IMG/VR virus record: IMGVR_UViG_3300030385_001830
Location: 1-52,330 of that record
Length of the DNA stretch: 52,330 nucleotides
From: a virus
Lineage: Duplodnaviria; Caudoviricetes
Reading direction: 5' to 3' (one strand)
Position 1 is the stretch's first letter, and every line of letters begins with the position of its first letter. Position numbers and translations under genes: made by a program. Shown in pieces: positions 30,024 to 39,386 of this stretch. Under the pieces are notes generated by a model, which worked only from the letters and a program-made list of their open reading frames with translations, searched no databases and was not told the origin of the DNA.

Positions 30024-31877
30024 ATGCAAATTCCTCTGATCCAACCTCAAACTGAGTGGGTAATGCCGGACAGGTATCCGGAACTCGATAACTATGCAGA
30101 AATAGCAATTGACCTAGAAACCAAAGACCCAAACCTAACCACCTCTGGATCTGGTTGGGCACGAAAAGATGGACATGTAATTGGGATCGCCGTAGCCGTA
30201 GAAGGGGACAGTTGGTACTTTCCTATACGGCATGAAATTGGCCCTAACTTTGACGTTGCCATAACCTTTAAATGGTTAAAAGATATAGTGTCCAAAGATA
30301 GAGACTACATTTTCCATAATGCCCAATATGATGTGGGGTGGTTATTGACAGAAGGAATTTCTGTAAAGGGCCGAATTATAGATACTCTAGTGTGCGCCCC
30401 TCTTTTAGATGAAAACAGATTTTCTTATTCTCTTGATGCTTTAAGCAGGGACTACTTACAAGAGCGGAAATCTGAACGCTTACTACGCGAAGCAGCCGCA
30501 ACTTTTGGCGTAAATGCTAAAAGTGAAATGTATAAACTTCCTGCTCAACACGTAGGAACCTACGCAGAGCAAGATGCAGAATTGACATTGCGTCTGTGGC
30601 AACAGTTTAAAGCTCTAATTATTAAAGAAGATATAGGGGATATTTTTAAGTTAGAAACCAAGGTCTTACGCACCATTATCCCAATGAGAGAGAGGGGGGT
30701 TAGGGTAGATTTAGAAAAAGCAGAACGCATAAAGAAAGTTTTCCAAAAACGAGAGACGAGTTTACTCAAACAAATAAAAAAGGAATCAGGAATTGGAGTA
30801 GAAATCTGGGCTGCTGAAAGTGTCGCCAAGGTTTTTGAAGCATTAGGCTTACCTTACAGCAAGACCAAAAAAACAGAAGCTCCCAGTTTCACAAAGAATT
30901 TTTTAGCTAACCACCCTCACCCTGTAGCTCAGATGGTTGTCCAAGCTAGAGAATTTAATAAAGCCCGAACCACGTTTGTAGATTCTTTCTTAAAACATCA
31001 AGTAAATGGCAGAATCCATGCAGAACTTCACCCACTCCGTAGTGGATTAGGCGGTACGGTGACTGGACGATTCAGCTATAGTAATCCTAATTTACAACAA
31101 ATTCCAGCAAAGCATGTAGAAATTGGCCCTATGATAAGGAGCCTTTTTATACCAGAAGAAGGTTGTAAATGGGGTGTGTTTGATTATAGTAGTCAAGAGC
31201 CACGCATAGTTGTTCACTATGCCAAGCTAATGAATTTTAAGGGGGCAGAGGATTTTGCAGATCGGTATAAGCTAGATGCCCGCACTGATTTTCACCAACT
31301 AGCGGCAGATATTGTGGGAGTTTCACGTAAACATGCCAAAGATATTAACTTGGGATTATTTTATGGGATGGGAAGTAGAAAACTAGCAGAAACGCTAGGG
31401 CTAGAACTAGAAGAAGCGAAGGAACTATTTGCTATTTATCACTCTAAAGTCCCCTTTGTTAAACAACTGGCAGACTACACCACTAATCGTGCAGCAAGCA
31501 AGGGGACAATTCGTACTTTATTAGGAAGGCGATGCCGCTTTGATAAATGGGAACCAAGCCGATACGGAACCTGGAAACCATTATCTTACCAAGAAGCCTT
31601 TGCGGAACACGGCCCTGCTATTAAGCGAGCGTTCACTTACAAAGCTCTCAATAAATTGGTGCAGGGTTCAGCGGCTGACCAAACAAAAGCTGCGATGGTA
31701 GCGTTACATGAAGAAGGTATCTTACCGATGATTCAGGTGCATGATGAATTAGATATCTCAATTGAAAGCGAGAAACAGAAACAACACATAATAGAAGTTA
31801 TGGAGGAATGTGTAAAACTAGAAGTGCCAAGTGTAGTAGATGCAGAGATAGGACCAAATTGGGGAGAGGTGATATGA
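30024..31877 (+). CDS. polA: Family A DNA polymerase (3'-5' exonuclease plus polymerase)
   Basis: IDLET, HNAQYD and YAEQDA exonuclease motifs; DYSSQEPR (A), RKHAKDINLGLFYG (B) and QVHDE (C). Confidence 0.95.
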   Translation: MQIPLIQPQTEWVMPDRYPELDNYAEIAIDLETKDPNLTTSGSGWARKDGHVIGIAVAVEGDSWYFPIRHEIGPNFDVAITFKWLKDIVSKDRDYIFHNAQYDVGWLLTEGISVKGRIIDTLVCAPLLDENRFSYSLDALSRDYLQERKSERLLREAAATFGVNAKSEMYKLPAQHVGTYAEQDAELTLRLWQQFKALIIKEDIGDIFKLETKVLRTIIPMRERGVRVDLEKAERIKKVFQKRETSLLKQIKKESGIGVEIWAAESVAKVFEALGLPYSKTKKTEAPSFTKNFLANHPHPVAQMVVQAREFNKARTTFVDSFLKHQVNGRIHAELHPLRSGLGGTVTGRFSYSNPNLQQIPAKHVEIGPMIRSLFIPEEGCKWGVFDYSSQEPRIVVHYAKLMNFKGAEDFADRYKLDARTDFHQLAADIVGVSRKHAKDINLGLFYGMGSRKLAETLGLELEEAKELFAIYHSKVPFVKQLADYTTNRAASKGTIRTLLGRRCRFDKWEPSRYGTWKPLSYQEAFAEHGPAIKRAFTYKALNKLVQGSAADQTKAAMVALHEEGILPMIQVHDELDISIESEKQKQHIIEVMEECVKLEVPSVVDAEIGPNWGEVI

Positions 31878-32269
31878 TCATTGGACTAACTGCTTCTGCT
31901 TTTGACATGCTTCATGTGGGACATGTGGCTATGTTAGAAGATGCTAAAAAACATTGTGACCATCTCATTTGTTGTTTACATGTTGACCCCTCTGTTGAGA
32001 GACCGGAGAAAAACCCTCCTCTCCAATCTTTAGTAGAAAGGTATATACAGTTACAAGCTGTCTGTTATGTGGACGAAATCATTCCCTACGAGAGAGAAAA
32101 AGATTTACAAGATATAATTGAACTTAAAACTCCTGATGTAAGAATAATCGGAGAGGAATATAAATTTAAAGAGTTTACCGGAAAAGGGTTGTGTCCTGTA
32201 ATTCATTACAATAAAAGGAGACACAGGTTTTCTAGCACAGAAATGAGAATAAGGATGAATAGAACATGA
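31874..32269 (+). CDS. Cytidylyltransferase (TagD / glycerol-3-phosphate CTase-like)
   Basis: FDMLHVGH (HxGH) and RRHRFSST motifs; ATG at 31874 overlaps the polA stop. Confidence 0.85.
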   Translation: MIIGLTASAFDMLHVGHVAMLEDAKKHCDHLICCLHVDPSVERPEKNPPLQSLVERYIQLQAVCYVDEIIPYEREKDLQDIIELKTPDVRIIGEEYKFKEFTGKGLCPVIHYNKRRHRFSSTEMRIRMNRT

Positions 32270-32853
32270 AAGAGAATTTTGAAAAAGCATTAAAGCTAAT
32301 CTTAATCCATGAAGGAGGATTTATTAATCACCCTTCCGATCCAGGAGGAGCAACCAATAAGGGAATTACATTGACTACATATATGGATTTTATCAGAGAC
32401 GCAGTAGACAGTGACGCATTAGTAACAGTAAATGATTTACAAGAAATTACAGATGATGATGTAGAAACAATATACAAGACCCGTTACTGGGACAAAGTAC
32501 AAGGGGATGAACTCCCACATGGGCTAGATATTTTTATGTTTGATTTTGCTGTCAATGCAGGACCGATTGCCGCTGTCAAAACCCTGCAAGGAGTGTTTGG
32601 TGCTTTACTGGTAGACGGATACCTAGGGCCAAAGACATTGGCTAAAGTTCATAAGGTTCTACATACAGATTTTAGAAGCTGTTCCAATAAAACCATTATC
32701 AAGCAAAGAACACTGGATTTATTGGAACAGCTACATGGACAACGTATTGATTATTATAAAGATTTAAAGAACTTTAAAATATTTGGACGTGGCTGGCTAA
32801 ACCGCTGTGACTCTACCCTAGAAAGTTCCCGTGCCGCTTGTTCAGTTACCTAA
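32266..32853 (+). CDS. Glycoside hydrolase family 108 lysozyme (endolysin)
   Basis: HEGGFINHPSDPGGATNKGIT, FDFAVNAG and FGRGWLNR motifs. Confidence 0.92.
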   Translation: MKENFEKALKLILIHEGGFINHPSDPGGATNKGITLTTYMDFIRDAVDSDALVTVNDLQEITDDDVETIYKTRYWDKVQGDELPHGLDIFMFDFAVNAGPIAAVKTLQGVFGALLVDGYLGPKTLAKVHKVLHTDFRSCSNKTIIKQRTLDLLEQLHGQRIDYYKDLKNFKIFGRGWLNRCDSTLESSRAACSVT

Positions 32854-32914
32854 ATAACAAGGGGTTAGAAAATCATGTGTGGTAAAATATGCCTATTAGC
32901 AAGCAGGTATAAAC

Positions 32915-33115
32915 ATGGGGACAGTATTACAGTTCAAAAGAAAAGAACCTGTTAAACCAGCACCAACTGTTGAAACAGTAGAGTTACAAGCATGTGGCCT
33001 ATGCGGAGGGCAGTATTTTTGGTTAGTAGTGGATACTACCAAAACAAATGAGGCCAACTGTGTAGCATGTAGTGAATGTGGGCATCGCCTACAGGTTGTT
33101 TGGACAGCTACATAG
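32915..33115 (+). CDS. Small Zn-finger protein
   Basis: CGLCG...CSECG. Confidence 0.6.
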   Translation: MGTVLQFKRKEPVKPAPTVETVELQACGLCGGQYFWLVVDTTKTNEANCVACSECGHRLQVVWTAT

Positions 33116-33116
33116 C

Positions 33117-33156
33117 TTGTACTGGGATAGGTACTTTGCCATACTACAAAGGTAGT
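33117..33156 (+). promoter_or_regulatory. Sigma70-type early promoter with overlapping ACTAC-N4-GTAGT palindrome
   Basis: TTGTAC, 17 nt, then CATACT with TG extension; one of 7 related copies. Confidence 0.7.
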
Positions 33157-33188
33157 TAATAAAACACACTCACAGAAAGGAGTTTTTT

Positions 33189-33734
33189 ATGAAAACACCA
33201 CAAGTAGAACATGGGGTACTTGACCCCAAAACCGGAGAGGAACTCACTACTCCACTGGGATTAAGGCGTATTATCCCAATATTGAGAGAAGGCAACAATC
33301 CATTTGAAATGGATGACCTCTCAAAAGAAGAACAGGCAAAAAAGTTTAACGAAACTTTAGAGTCATGTATAGGAAGTGACCAGCCCCCCATCGCCCATCA
33401 AATTCCAGGCTGGCAATATAAATTGTTGTTATCACAAGGCACCTCTTATTTTAGAGAGTTTGCCTATGGGGGAGCTTACTGGTTAATGGATATTTTAGTA
33501 ACGGAAGTGGTTCCCTTCTTTGAGCAACAAAAAGAACTCTCCATGATAGTGATTAAAGTTAAGTCCAAAGATGGAGAGGCCGGAATTACAGCAACAGCGG
33601 AAGATGCAGATGGGCAAACATATACAATTTGGCATCGCCAAATTGATTTTACATCTCTGGATGGTGACTACACATTCTGGCTTTTCCCTGTTGCATCGAA
33701 CACAGCCCATTTAATTCTACCTAGAGAATACTAG
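33189..33734 (+). CDS. Hypothetical protein (DUF6876-like)
   Basis: CACAGAAAGGAG leader; GAYWLMDIL...QIDFTSL...LILPREY. Confidence 0.6.
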   Translation: MKTPQVEHGVLDPKTGEELTTPLGLRRIIPILREGNNPFEMDDLSKEEQAKKFNETLESCIGSDQPPIAHQIPGWQYKLLLSQGTSYFREFAYGGAYWLMDILVTEVVPFFEQQKELSMIVIKVKSKDGEAGITATAEDADGQTYTIWHRQIDFTSLDGDYTFWLFPVASNTAHLILPREY

Positions 33735-33842
33735 GTAGGTGATATGGGTAATCTTGTTTTACCTCTTGCTGGTGGTACTCGCTCTTAAAAGAAAGGGTTA
33801 ATTTTGTTTTATGACCCGCACTTTAGTAGTATTGTTACTACA

Positions 33843-33941
33843 TAGCCAATGGGCTAATCAAACAACCTGCATGGTTGTGTACCTAGGCTCTGTGCTGTGG
33901 TTGGGGTTTAAATTCCAACGCTGGATGCCAACCACGGCGCA
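33843..33941 (+). ncRNA. Candidate structured RNA or 5' leader
   Basis: Three consecutive stems: TAGCC/GGCTA, ACAACC/GGTTGT and the 14-bp TGTGCTGTGGTTGG/CCAACCACGGCGCA with G-U pairs. Confidence 0.35.
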
Positions 33942-33973
33942 TCCTTCTTATAAACCACAGAAAGGGGGTTAAG

Positions 33974-34180
33974 ATGGAAGAATTTTATACAAAAAACGAA
34001 GCTATTGGCAATATTAGTAAGATAATTGATGCTTTAGAGCAGTCGCAAGAAATTATGAAAACATTAAATCAGCAGACCCAAGACTTAGCTGAAGAGATAT
34101 TCAGGATAGGCGCAAAGGTGAAAGTAATGTCTAAACAAATAGATTCCCTAATGGGAGAGGAAATCCATGACAGCCATTAA
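33974..34180 (+). CDS. Small coiled-coil hypothetical protein
   Basis: CACAGAAAGGGGG leader; heptad pattern. Confidence 0.6.
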   Translation: MEEFYTKNEAIGNISKIIDALEQSQEIMKTLNQQTQDLAEEIFRIGAKVKVMSKQIDSLMGEEIHDSH

Positions 34181-34379
34181 AGGAAAAAACGTGCGGGTGG
34201 ATGATGAAACTTACGAGAAAATACACCAACTCGCCAAAGAAGAAGAAAGAACTCTATCCATGATTATCCAACGCGCAGTAAGGGAATACTGGAATAGCGA
34301 TCACTTAGGGGATCCAACGCTGGAGAGAGTAGAACCCAGTATTGAGAAAGATACGACAAGCTATATTGGATATGATTAA
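34167..34379 (+). CDS. Ribbon-helix-helix (CopG/Arc-like) DNA-binding protein
   Basis: KNVRVDDETYEKIHQLAKEEERTLSMIIQRAV. Confidence 0.75.
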   Translation: MTAIKGKNVRVDDETYEKIHQLAKEEERTLSMIIQRAVREYWNSDHLGDPTLERVEPSIEKDTTSYIGYD

Positions 34380-34638
34380 GTGAGAACAATGAAAAAGATA
34401 ATTACTACAATCCCAGCTAAGACCAAATGTTTGTTCTTATATTTGATTGGTTGATTAAGTTTTTTCTGCATTCGAATAATGAACTGCTGGAGTTTCTCTA
34501 ACAATGCAACCATATCTGCTCACCTTAGAGTAAAATAGTTTGTCATAGTGTATTCTAATTATAGCTATGTGATAATCGTTTTAGTAAACTACAATTGTAG
34601 TAAAAGCAACTTAATCAAACCACAGAAAGGGTGATTAT

Positions 34639-34965
34639 ATGAAAGAAGATTTTAATACACTCCATAACACAGCGACACAAGCCGCAGTAGAGGCTTGCCA
34701 AGCTGTTGAGGAAAGAAGCGGTGGACACTGGTGGCCTTGCGGTTTCGCATGGGTTAATGTCCGGCCCGCCACTCAACCTTTTGCACGATGGCTTAAAAAA
34801 GCAGGAATCGTCGAAAGGGCTTCCTACCAAGGGGGTTACGATATTTGGAACCCCTCAAATAATCCAACCCAAAGCATGGATGCTAAAGAGGCGGGTGCCA
34901 GAGCCTACGCTAGAGTCTTACAAGACAAGGGCATTCACGCATACGCACAATCAAGGATGGACTAA
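34639..34965 (+). CDS. Hypothetical early protein
   Basis: Promoter palindrome at 34585-34601 and CACAGAAAGGG leader; CGFAWV...QSMDAKEAGARAYA...SRMD. Confidence 0.7.
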   Translation: MKEDFNTLHNTATQAAVEACQAVEERSGGHWWPCGFAWVNVRPATQPFARWLKKAGIVERASYQGGYDIWNPSNNPTQSMDAKEAGARAYARVLQDKGIHAYAQSRMD

Positions 34966-35192
34966 TGGCTAAATTCAAAAATAAAAGCTATAACGCATGG
35001 AAAATTTGTGTCCTGTGCAAAAACCCTATCTTGCCACAAGTTAATAAGGATGGGTTTCTATGGGATAGGGGTCACAACCCCTATCCCTTAGCTACAAAAG
35101 GATCATGTTGTAGTGATTGCAATGAGGATGTTATTTACGCTCGGTTAAAAGAAATGGGTCTCGTTTTAGGTACCCAAGAGCCAGGAAAATAA
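34965..35192 (+). CDS. Small Zn-binding hypothetical protein
   Basis: CVLC...GHNPYPL...CCSDCN. Confidence 0.65.
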   Translation: MAKFKNKSYNAWKICVLCKNPILPQVNKDGFLWDRGHNPYPLATKGSCCSDCNEDVIYARLKEMGLVLGTQEPGK

Positions 35193-35196
35193 CCCT

Positions 35197-35370
35197 ATGT
35201 CATATGCAACGTGTGAAATTTGTACTAAACAACGTCATGCTAACGATGTTGAATTAAAACATATAGATGGTACACCCACATGGGTGTGTACCATCTGTGA
35301 TAAGACAACGTCTACACCGCCAAGACAAGGAATCCCAAATGAAAAAATGCACCATAAAGAAAGAGACTAG
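35197..35370 (+). CDS. Small Zn-finger protein, 57 aa (not in ORF track)
   Basis: MSYATCEIC...VCTICD. Confidence 0.45.
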   Translation: MSYATCEICTKQRHANDVELKHIDGTPTWVCTICDKTTSTPPRQGIPNEKMHHKERD

Positions 35371-35626
35371 AGATCTCATAGGTTTTGGACTACCGGGAAC
35401 AAGGGGCAGAACAGAAGAAATAGCCCTCTTCATAGGATTAACCTATGAAAAAGAATGTCTCACCTTTACCGATCAAAAAGAGTGGGACAACATATACAGA
35501 GTTATCCACAGTTACTGTATAAGGCAAAAAACCTCGTTTCGACCGTGTCAACGCACAAACCCAAGTGGAAAATGCTTCCACATATGGAAGATAAAGCTCA
35601 AAAAAGTAAACAAGAGGAAAATATGA
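35339..35626 (+). CDS. Hypothetical protein
   Basis: AAGGA RBS before ATG 35339 (MKKCTIKKE). Confidence 0.5.
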   Translation: MKKCTIKKETRDLIGFGLPGTRGRTEEIALFIGLTYEKECLTFTDQKEWDNIYRVIHSYCIRQKTSFRPCQRTNPSGKCFHIWKIKLKKVNKRKI

Positions 35627-35853
35627 TCAAAGATGCAGATAACCAAGCCATGACACCCAATCAAGCGGCGAAGTCATTACTCCTAGACCACATATTTGCT
35701 TTTGACAACAGTAGGGCATGGGGAGAGGATCATGACCGGCTTTGTGCTATGGTCACTGACCGTGAATACGTAGCCATCTCAAAGATGATTAGAATACAAA
35801 CTAAAAGAGTCTTAAAATTCATGGGCGGCGAAAAAAATTACCGTCTCGTCTAA
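35623..35853 (+). CDS. Hypothetical protein
   Basis: GAGG RBS before ATG 35623 (MIKDADNQ). Confidence 0.55.
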   Translation: MIKDADNQAMTPNQAAKSLLLDHIFAFDNSRAWGEDHDRLCAMVTDREYVAISKMIRIQTKRVLKFMGGEKNYRLV

Positions 35854-35941
35854 TAGGGGCGACGGTGAAAAACAAAAATTTGCACAAGTGATAAAAACTA
35901 GGTATCGTTTTAGAGCAGTACGTATAAACTCCTTGAACTAT

Positions 35942-35979
35942 GCCCCGAGTAGGTTCCCTTTACCTCTTGGGGCTTTTTT
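35942..35979 (+). terminator. Rho-independent terminator
   Basis: GCCCCGAG...CTTGGGGC followed by TTTTTT. Confidence 0.7.
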
Positions 35980-36078
35980 CATTTAAAACCCTAATAAGTT
36001 TGTTCTGCATTACTCGTTGTGCAATACTACAATAGTAGTAAGTAACCAAATCACCATAGAAAGGGGAGACTAAACAGC

Positions 36079-36258
36079 ATGAAAAATAAATTTGAAGTAG
36101 GCAGTTTGCATACACTCAATAAAACCCATGATGCTATAGTCTGGGAAATCGTCGAAATCATCGACATTTTCGCGGTAATGATTAAAGAGCATGGGCGCGA
36201 CTTTAAGCCCCAGCAAATGGATACCAGTTATCTAATTCCTGCTGAAAGGGGTCTATAA
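36079..36258 (+). CDS. Hypothetical early protein, 59 aa (not in ORF track)
   Basis: Promoter palindrome at 36023-36039, GGGGAG RBS, MKNKFEVGSLH... Confidence 0.55.
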   Translation: MKNKFEVGSLHTLNKTHDAIVWEIVEIIDIFAVMIKEHGRDFKPQQMDTSYLIPAERGL

Positions 36259-36260
36259 CG

Positions 36261-36506
36261 ATGCGTTTCAAGAAATTAAACAAAAAAGAAACAGAAGAGT
36301 ATAAACAATGGGCGCGTGATACCTACGTTGTTGGGGATAAAATATCCTCGGTTTGGCATCCGGTTGTAGTAGCAGAATGCGAACGCATAAATGCCGACCA
36401 CAACCGCAACCAGGACGGGCGCATACGACACGTTGTCGGTGATCAGATGAAAGCCTCGCTCTTGCGTATAGCGAAACGCCGGTTGGAGAATAGGGGAACA
36501 CAATGA
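36261..36506 (+). CDS. Hypothetical protein
   Basis: AAAGGGG RBS; KQWARDTY...WHPVVVAEC. Confidence 0.6.
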   Translation: MRFKKLNKKETEEYKQWARDTYVVGDKISSVWHPVVVAECERINADHNRNQDGRIRHVVGDQMKASLLRIAKRRLENRGTQ

Positions 36507-36691
36507 CTACAAACCCACCTGAACTGGAAGTTACGGAAGATGATCTCGCTGAATTAAATCATCGTTGCCACAAAAGGTTGAACATATTGCTTAAAAGAAC
36601 AAGTTGGTCTGAATTAGACCAAGGAGACATTAGGTGGTGTCTTCATGTTGTACTAACCTCGGCAGGGTATTTAGAACAGGAGGACATGTGA
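36503..36691 (+). CDS. Hypothetical protein
   Basis: ATGA-coupled to the upstream gene. Confidence 0.5.
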   Translation: MTTNPPELEVTEDDLAELNHRCHKRLNILLKRTSWSELDQGDIRWCLHVVLTSAGYLEQEDM

Positions 36692-37017
36692 CTACATACT
36701 ACGCAGCCCATATCGCCAACCCCACAGTGTTTCGTAAATTCACTTCTGTTAAAAAGATGAAGGAAACCCTACAGCGAAATCAGCACACCTTTTCTTTTTT
36801 AAAGCAACGGGAGAACCGCTACATGGTGTATTCCTGCCGCCCCGCTGACCATAAACCTTTCCGTATTCTAATCATCCCCAAAATAGGAGAGCCCATTTGG
36901 ATGGAATCCCTGTTAAACGGGACATGGGAACAAAAAGTTGACGCCATGAGAACTTTAGATATGGACATTTTGACAGGAATACTCCCTGTCTTTTGCGATA
37001 ATGAAACTGGAAATTAG
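36688..37017 (+). CDS. Hypothetical protein
   Basis: GGAGG RBS and GTGA coupling (VTTYYAAH...). Confidence 0.5.
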   Translation: MTTYYAAHIANPTVFRKFTSVKKMKETLQRNQHTFSFLKQRENRYMVYSCRPADHKPFRILIIPKIGEPIWMESLLNGTWEQKVDAMRTLDMDILTGILPVFCDNETGN

Positions 37018-37290
37018 AATAGAAATAGAGAACCAAGAAGATCTTGATGAAGGATTAGAGGGGTTGCGTAACTTCATACGGCAAGAGGTAGAATACGCGC
37101 TCGTCTCTCTACTAGAAGATCTAGAAGGGAGATTGGCAAAAAACAATCAAAAAACAAAGCCCCACTAAAACTTCCTCTACTACTCTTATTTTTAGCCCTA
37201 CCCCTACTATTGCTTTTTTATCTACGGCCCGTAGACGTGGTCTAGTAAAGCCCGATTTTTAAAAAGTACTCTAAAAACAAGCATTTAGGC

Positions 37291-37318
37291 AAAAAAAGCC
37301 GTCTTTTTACAGACGGCT
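37291..37318 (-). terminator. Rho-independent terminator for the leftward early genes
   Basis: AGCCGTCT/AGACGGCT stem with a U run on the minus strand. Confidence 0.7.
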
Positions 37319-37332
37319 CTAGTTTAACCCAT

Positions 37333-37698
37333 TTACCCGTAATAGGGCCGTTGCTCTGGGAAATCCTTACCCTCATGCAGTTCCATGTGTACACTCAAAC
37401 TTTCATCTCCCCACTGGCCCCCGCTAATGAGATAAAGGTCATCACCCTCCCCATTTGGGTCTGCGCCATCATGTGGCCCCATCCCCATTTGGTTCTTGGC
37501 TACGCATACTTCAAACGTCTTACCTTCCCTAATTTTTTCCCTTATGGACTGGGCAAGTACATCTGCTTGGTCCTCTGCATCTGACCCTGCAAATTTCCCC
37601 AGTTGCTTTTCAAACTCACCATAGTCGTAAAACCAACCTCCCTCTTCTGGCCCACCATAGGCCCGACCAACCTTGTATAGATTAACGTAATAACTCAT
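37333..37698 (-). CDS. Hypothetical early protein
   Basis: RAYGGPEEGGWFYD...FPEQRPYY motif; coupled to the upstream ORF. Confidence 0.7.
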   Translation of the reverse strand: MSYYVNLYKVGRAYGGPEEGGWFYDYGEFEKQLGKFAGSDAEDQADVLAQSIREKIREGKTFEVCVAKNQMGMGPHDGADPNGEGDDLYLISGGQWGDESLSVHMELHEGKDFPEQRPYYG

Positions 37699-37955
37699 GA
37701 GTCCTTACCTCCGGTTTTAACAAAATTTTCCCAACCCTCTGGGATTTTCATAATTATTTTTTCTTGCTCTGCAATATAATTCTCAAGCTGCTCTAAAACC
37801 TTGGCCCGACTGCCTTTAAAACCGAACCGTTGTTTAGTGCGAGAATACGCTGTTTGACCCCGGAACTTCAACCCCTTGATCTCTAGTTGTAGCTGCGAGC
37901 GCAGCACTTTGAGACCATACAGCTGGATTAATGAGGTGTCTGTGATGGTTGCCAT
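37695..37955 (-). CDS. Hypothetical early protein
   Basis: GAGAGG RBS; promoter TTGGCA-17-CATACT upstream. Confidence 0.65.
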   Translation of the reverse strand: MATITDTSLIQLYGLKVLRSQLQLEIKGLKFRGQTAYSRTKQRFGFKGSRAKVLEQLENYIAEQEKIIMKIPEGWENFVKTGGKDS

Positions 37956-38039
37956 AATGAGTCCTCTCTTTGACTAACTGGCTTTTTACTACTTTTGTAG
38001 TATGCCACAGGGAGTATCCCATGCCAACCACCGATTTAC

Positions 38040-38213
38040 TTACTTGGGAGGCTTCTTATTTTCCTCGTCCCATTGCCATTCTCTCCAACGCTCATAGGCT
38101 TCATCCTCGTCCACCTCCTTGGGAGGAAGAAAAGGCTTATAATCCGCATCGCCCACGCGGTTAGGATCATCTGGCAATTCTCTCCAATCCGTGTATCGTT
38201 TCACGTGAAACAT
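38040..38213 (-). CDS. Small acidic hypothetical protein, 57 aa (not in ORF track); start overlaps parS
   Basis: AGGAG RBS; MFHVKRYTDWRELPDD... Confidence 0.4.
   Translation of the reverse strand: MFHVKRYTDWRELPDDPNRVGDADYKPFLPPKEVDEDEAYERWREWQWDEENKKPPK
38197..38212. promoter_or_regulatory. parS: parS-like site
   Basis: CGTTTCACGTGAAACA matches the chromosomal parS consensus TGTTTCACGTGAAACA at 15 of 16 positions. Confidence 0.7.
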
Positions 38214-38217
38214 TCTC

Positions 38218-38610
38218 CTAGGGTATATCTACTAATTCGTCATACTTAGAAACAAATTCTTGTAAGGGGCCATTATAAATTTGCTCCCACTCATGGAAAG
38301 GGGCAGACGACGTTTGTTCGTAGTGTTTTTCATTTGCCTTTATCCACGTTTGCGGTACTACACCTCCGTTAGCCGTGGATCCCTTTAAATGCACAGTGTA
38401 GCGATACTGCGTATCGCCGTGGGCTTCATGCCCATCTATAACCTCTCCCTGTCTGTTTGCCTTTAAAAATGCCAACACCGTAGGATCCTCCTTTTTAAGC
38501 CAGAGACTAAAATATCTCGCTGCCCCCTCAGGATAACCATCCCAGTGTATATAGACCCAAACAGGCTCTTTGTCAGGCTCATGAAACTCATAAGTTGCTC
38601 TAGTTGCCAT
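38218..38610 (-). CDS. Hypothetical early protein
   Basis: AGGAG RBS; MATRA...VYIHWDGYPEG...HGDTQYRY. Confidence 0.7.
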   Translation of the reverse strand: MATRATYEFHEPDKEPVWVYIHWDGYPEGAARYFSLWLKKEDPTVLAFLKANRQGEVIDGHEAHGDTQYRYTVHLKGSTANGGVVPQTWIKANEKHYEQTSSAPFHEWEQIYNGPLQEFVSKYDELVDIP

Positions 38611-38643
38611 ACTATTTTCTCCTAGTATTGCTGCTTCATAAAG

Positions 38644-38862
38644 TTAATAGAGATCATATTGATCGTTGTCGTAGAGTCTTTGTGCTTGCTTTTGGAAGTA
38701 CGATTTATCCTTGTATTCTTCAACCCAGAACCCTCGCGCCTCTACATAGCGTTCCGTTACCGCATCCAAGTCCCGCTCGGCACCCTTCCTTGACCCATAC
38801 TCCTTTTCATTTGGGCGGAACTCTTGGTTACATTCATCGATTCCCATAATAATGTAAGTCAT
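38644..38862 (-). CDS. Hypothetical protein
   Basis: 72-aa ORF in the leftward early operon. Confidence 0.55.
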   Translation of the reverse strand: MTYIIMGIDECNQEFRPNEKEYGSRKGAERDLDAVTERYVEARGFWVEEYKDKSYFQKQAQRLYDNDQYDLY

Positions 38863-39047
38863 ACCCTAGGCTCCCAGTAAACTTTCACAGTAAAAAGAAA
38901 AGGCACCGCAAGCAACGCCCAACGAGTGTCCCACGGGCTGAATTTCAAACCCCTGTGGGGGGTGAGCAATAAAAATACCTTGGTACGATTACGGTAAAAG
39001 TAAATCCCCGTACGACCTTTACTAATTGGATAGTTCATAGCTTTGTC

Positions 39048-39272
39048 CTATTGGTTAGGTTGTTGTAGACGTTGCAGTTCTGCTGCCAGCGCATCAATGG
39101 CGCGAGCGGCATGATCATCTATTACATGAGGCTTGGGGGGGTCGCGGTGCAAAGCAACCAACCCGACCCTAAGTAGTTTGAGTTGTTCCTCAATACAGCG
39201 AATTGCCGAACCACGCATATTTTCATAGTTGGCTATGAGATGCTGCTGCTTGTGCCATTCGTCGTTGTTCAT
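39048..39272 (-). CDS. Hypothetical protein
   Basis: AAAGGA RBS; promoter palindrome at 39309-39325 upstream. Confidence 0.6.
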   Translation of the reverse strand: MNNDEWHKQQHLIANYENMRGSAIRCIEEQLKLLRVGLVALHRDPPKPHVIDDHAARAIDALAAELQRLQQPNQ

Positions 39273-39386
39273 AGCTGTCCTTTCTTTGACATTGACTTAA
39301 AGTTATGTACTACAATGGTAGTATGGGCCAACGACTGTCCAATTACCACCACAAAACAGCTTTTACACGAACATTGAAAGACAGGC

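Noticed and set aside
33843-33941. tRNA gene
   Set aside because: No TTC(G/A)A T-loop, D-arm or acceptor-stem geometry
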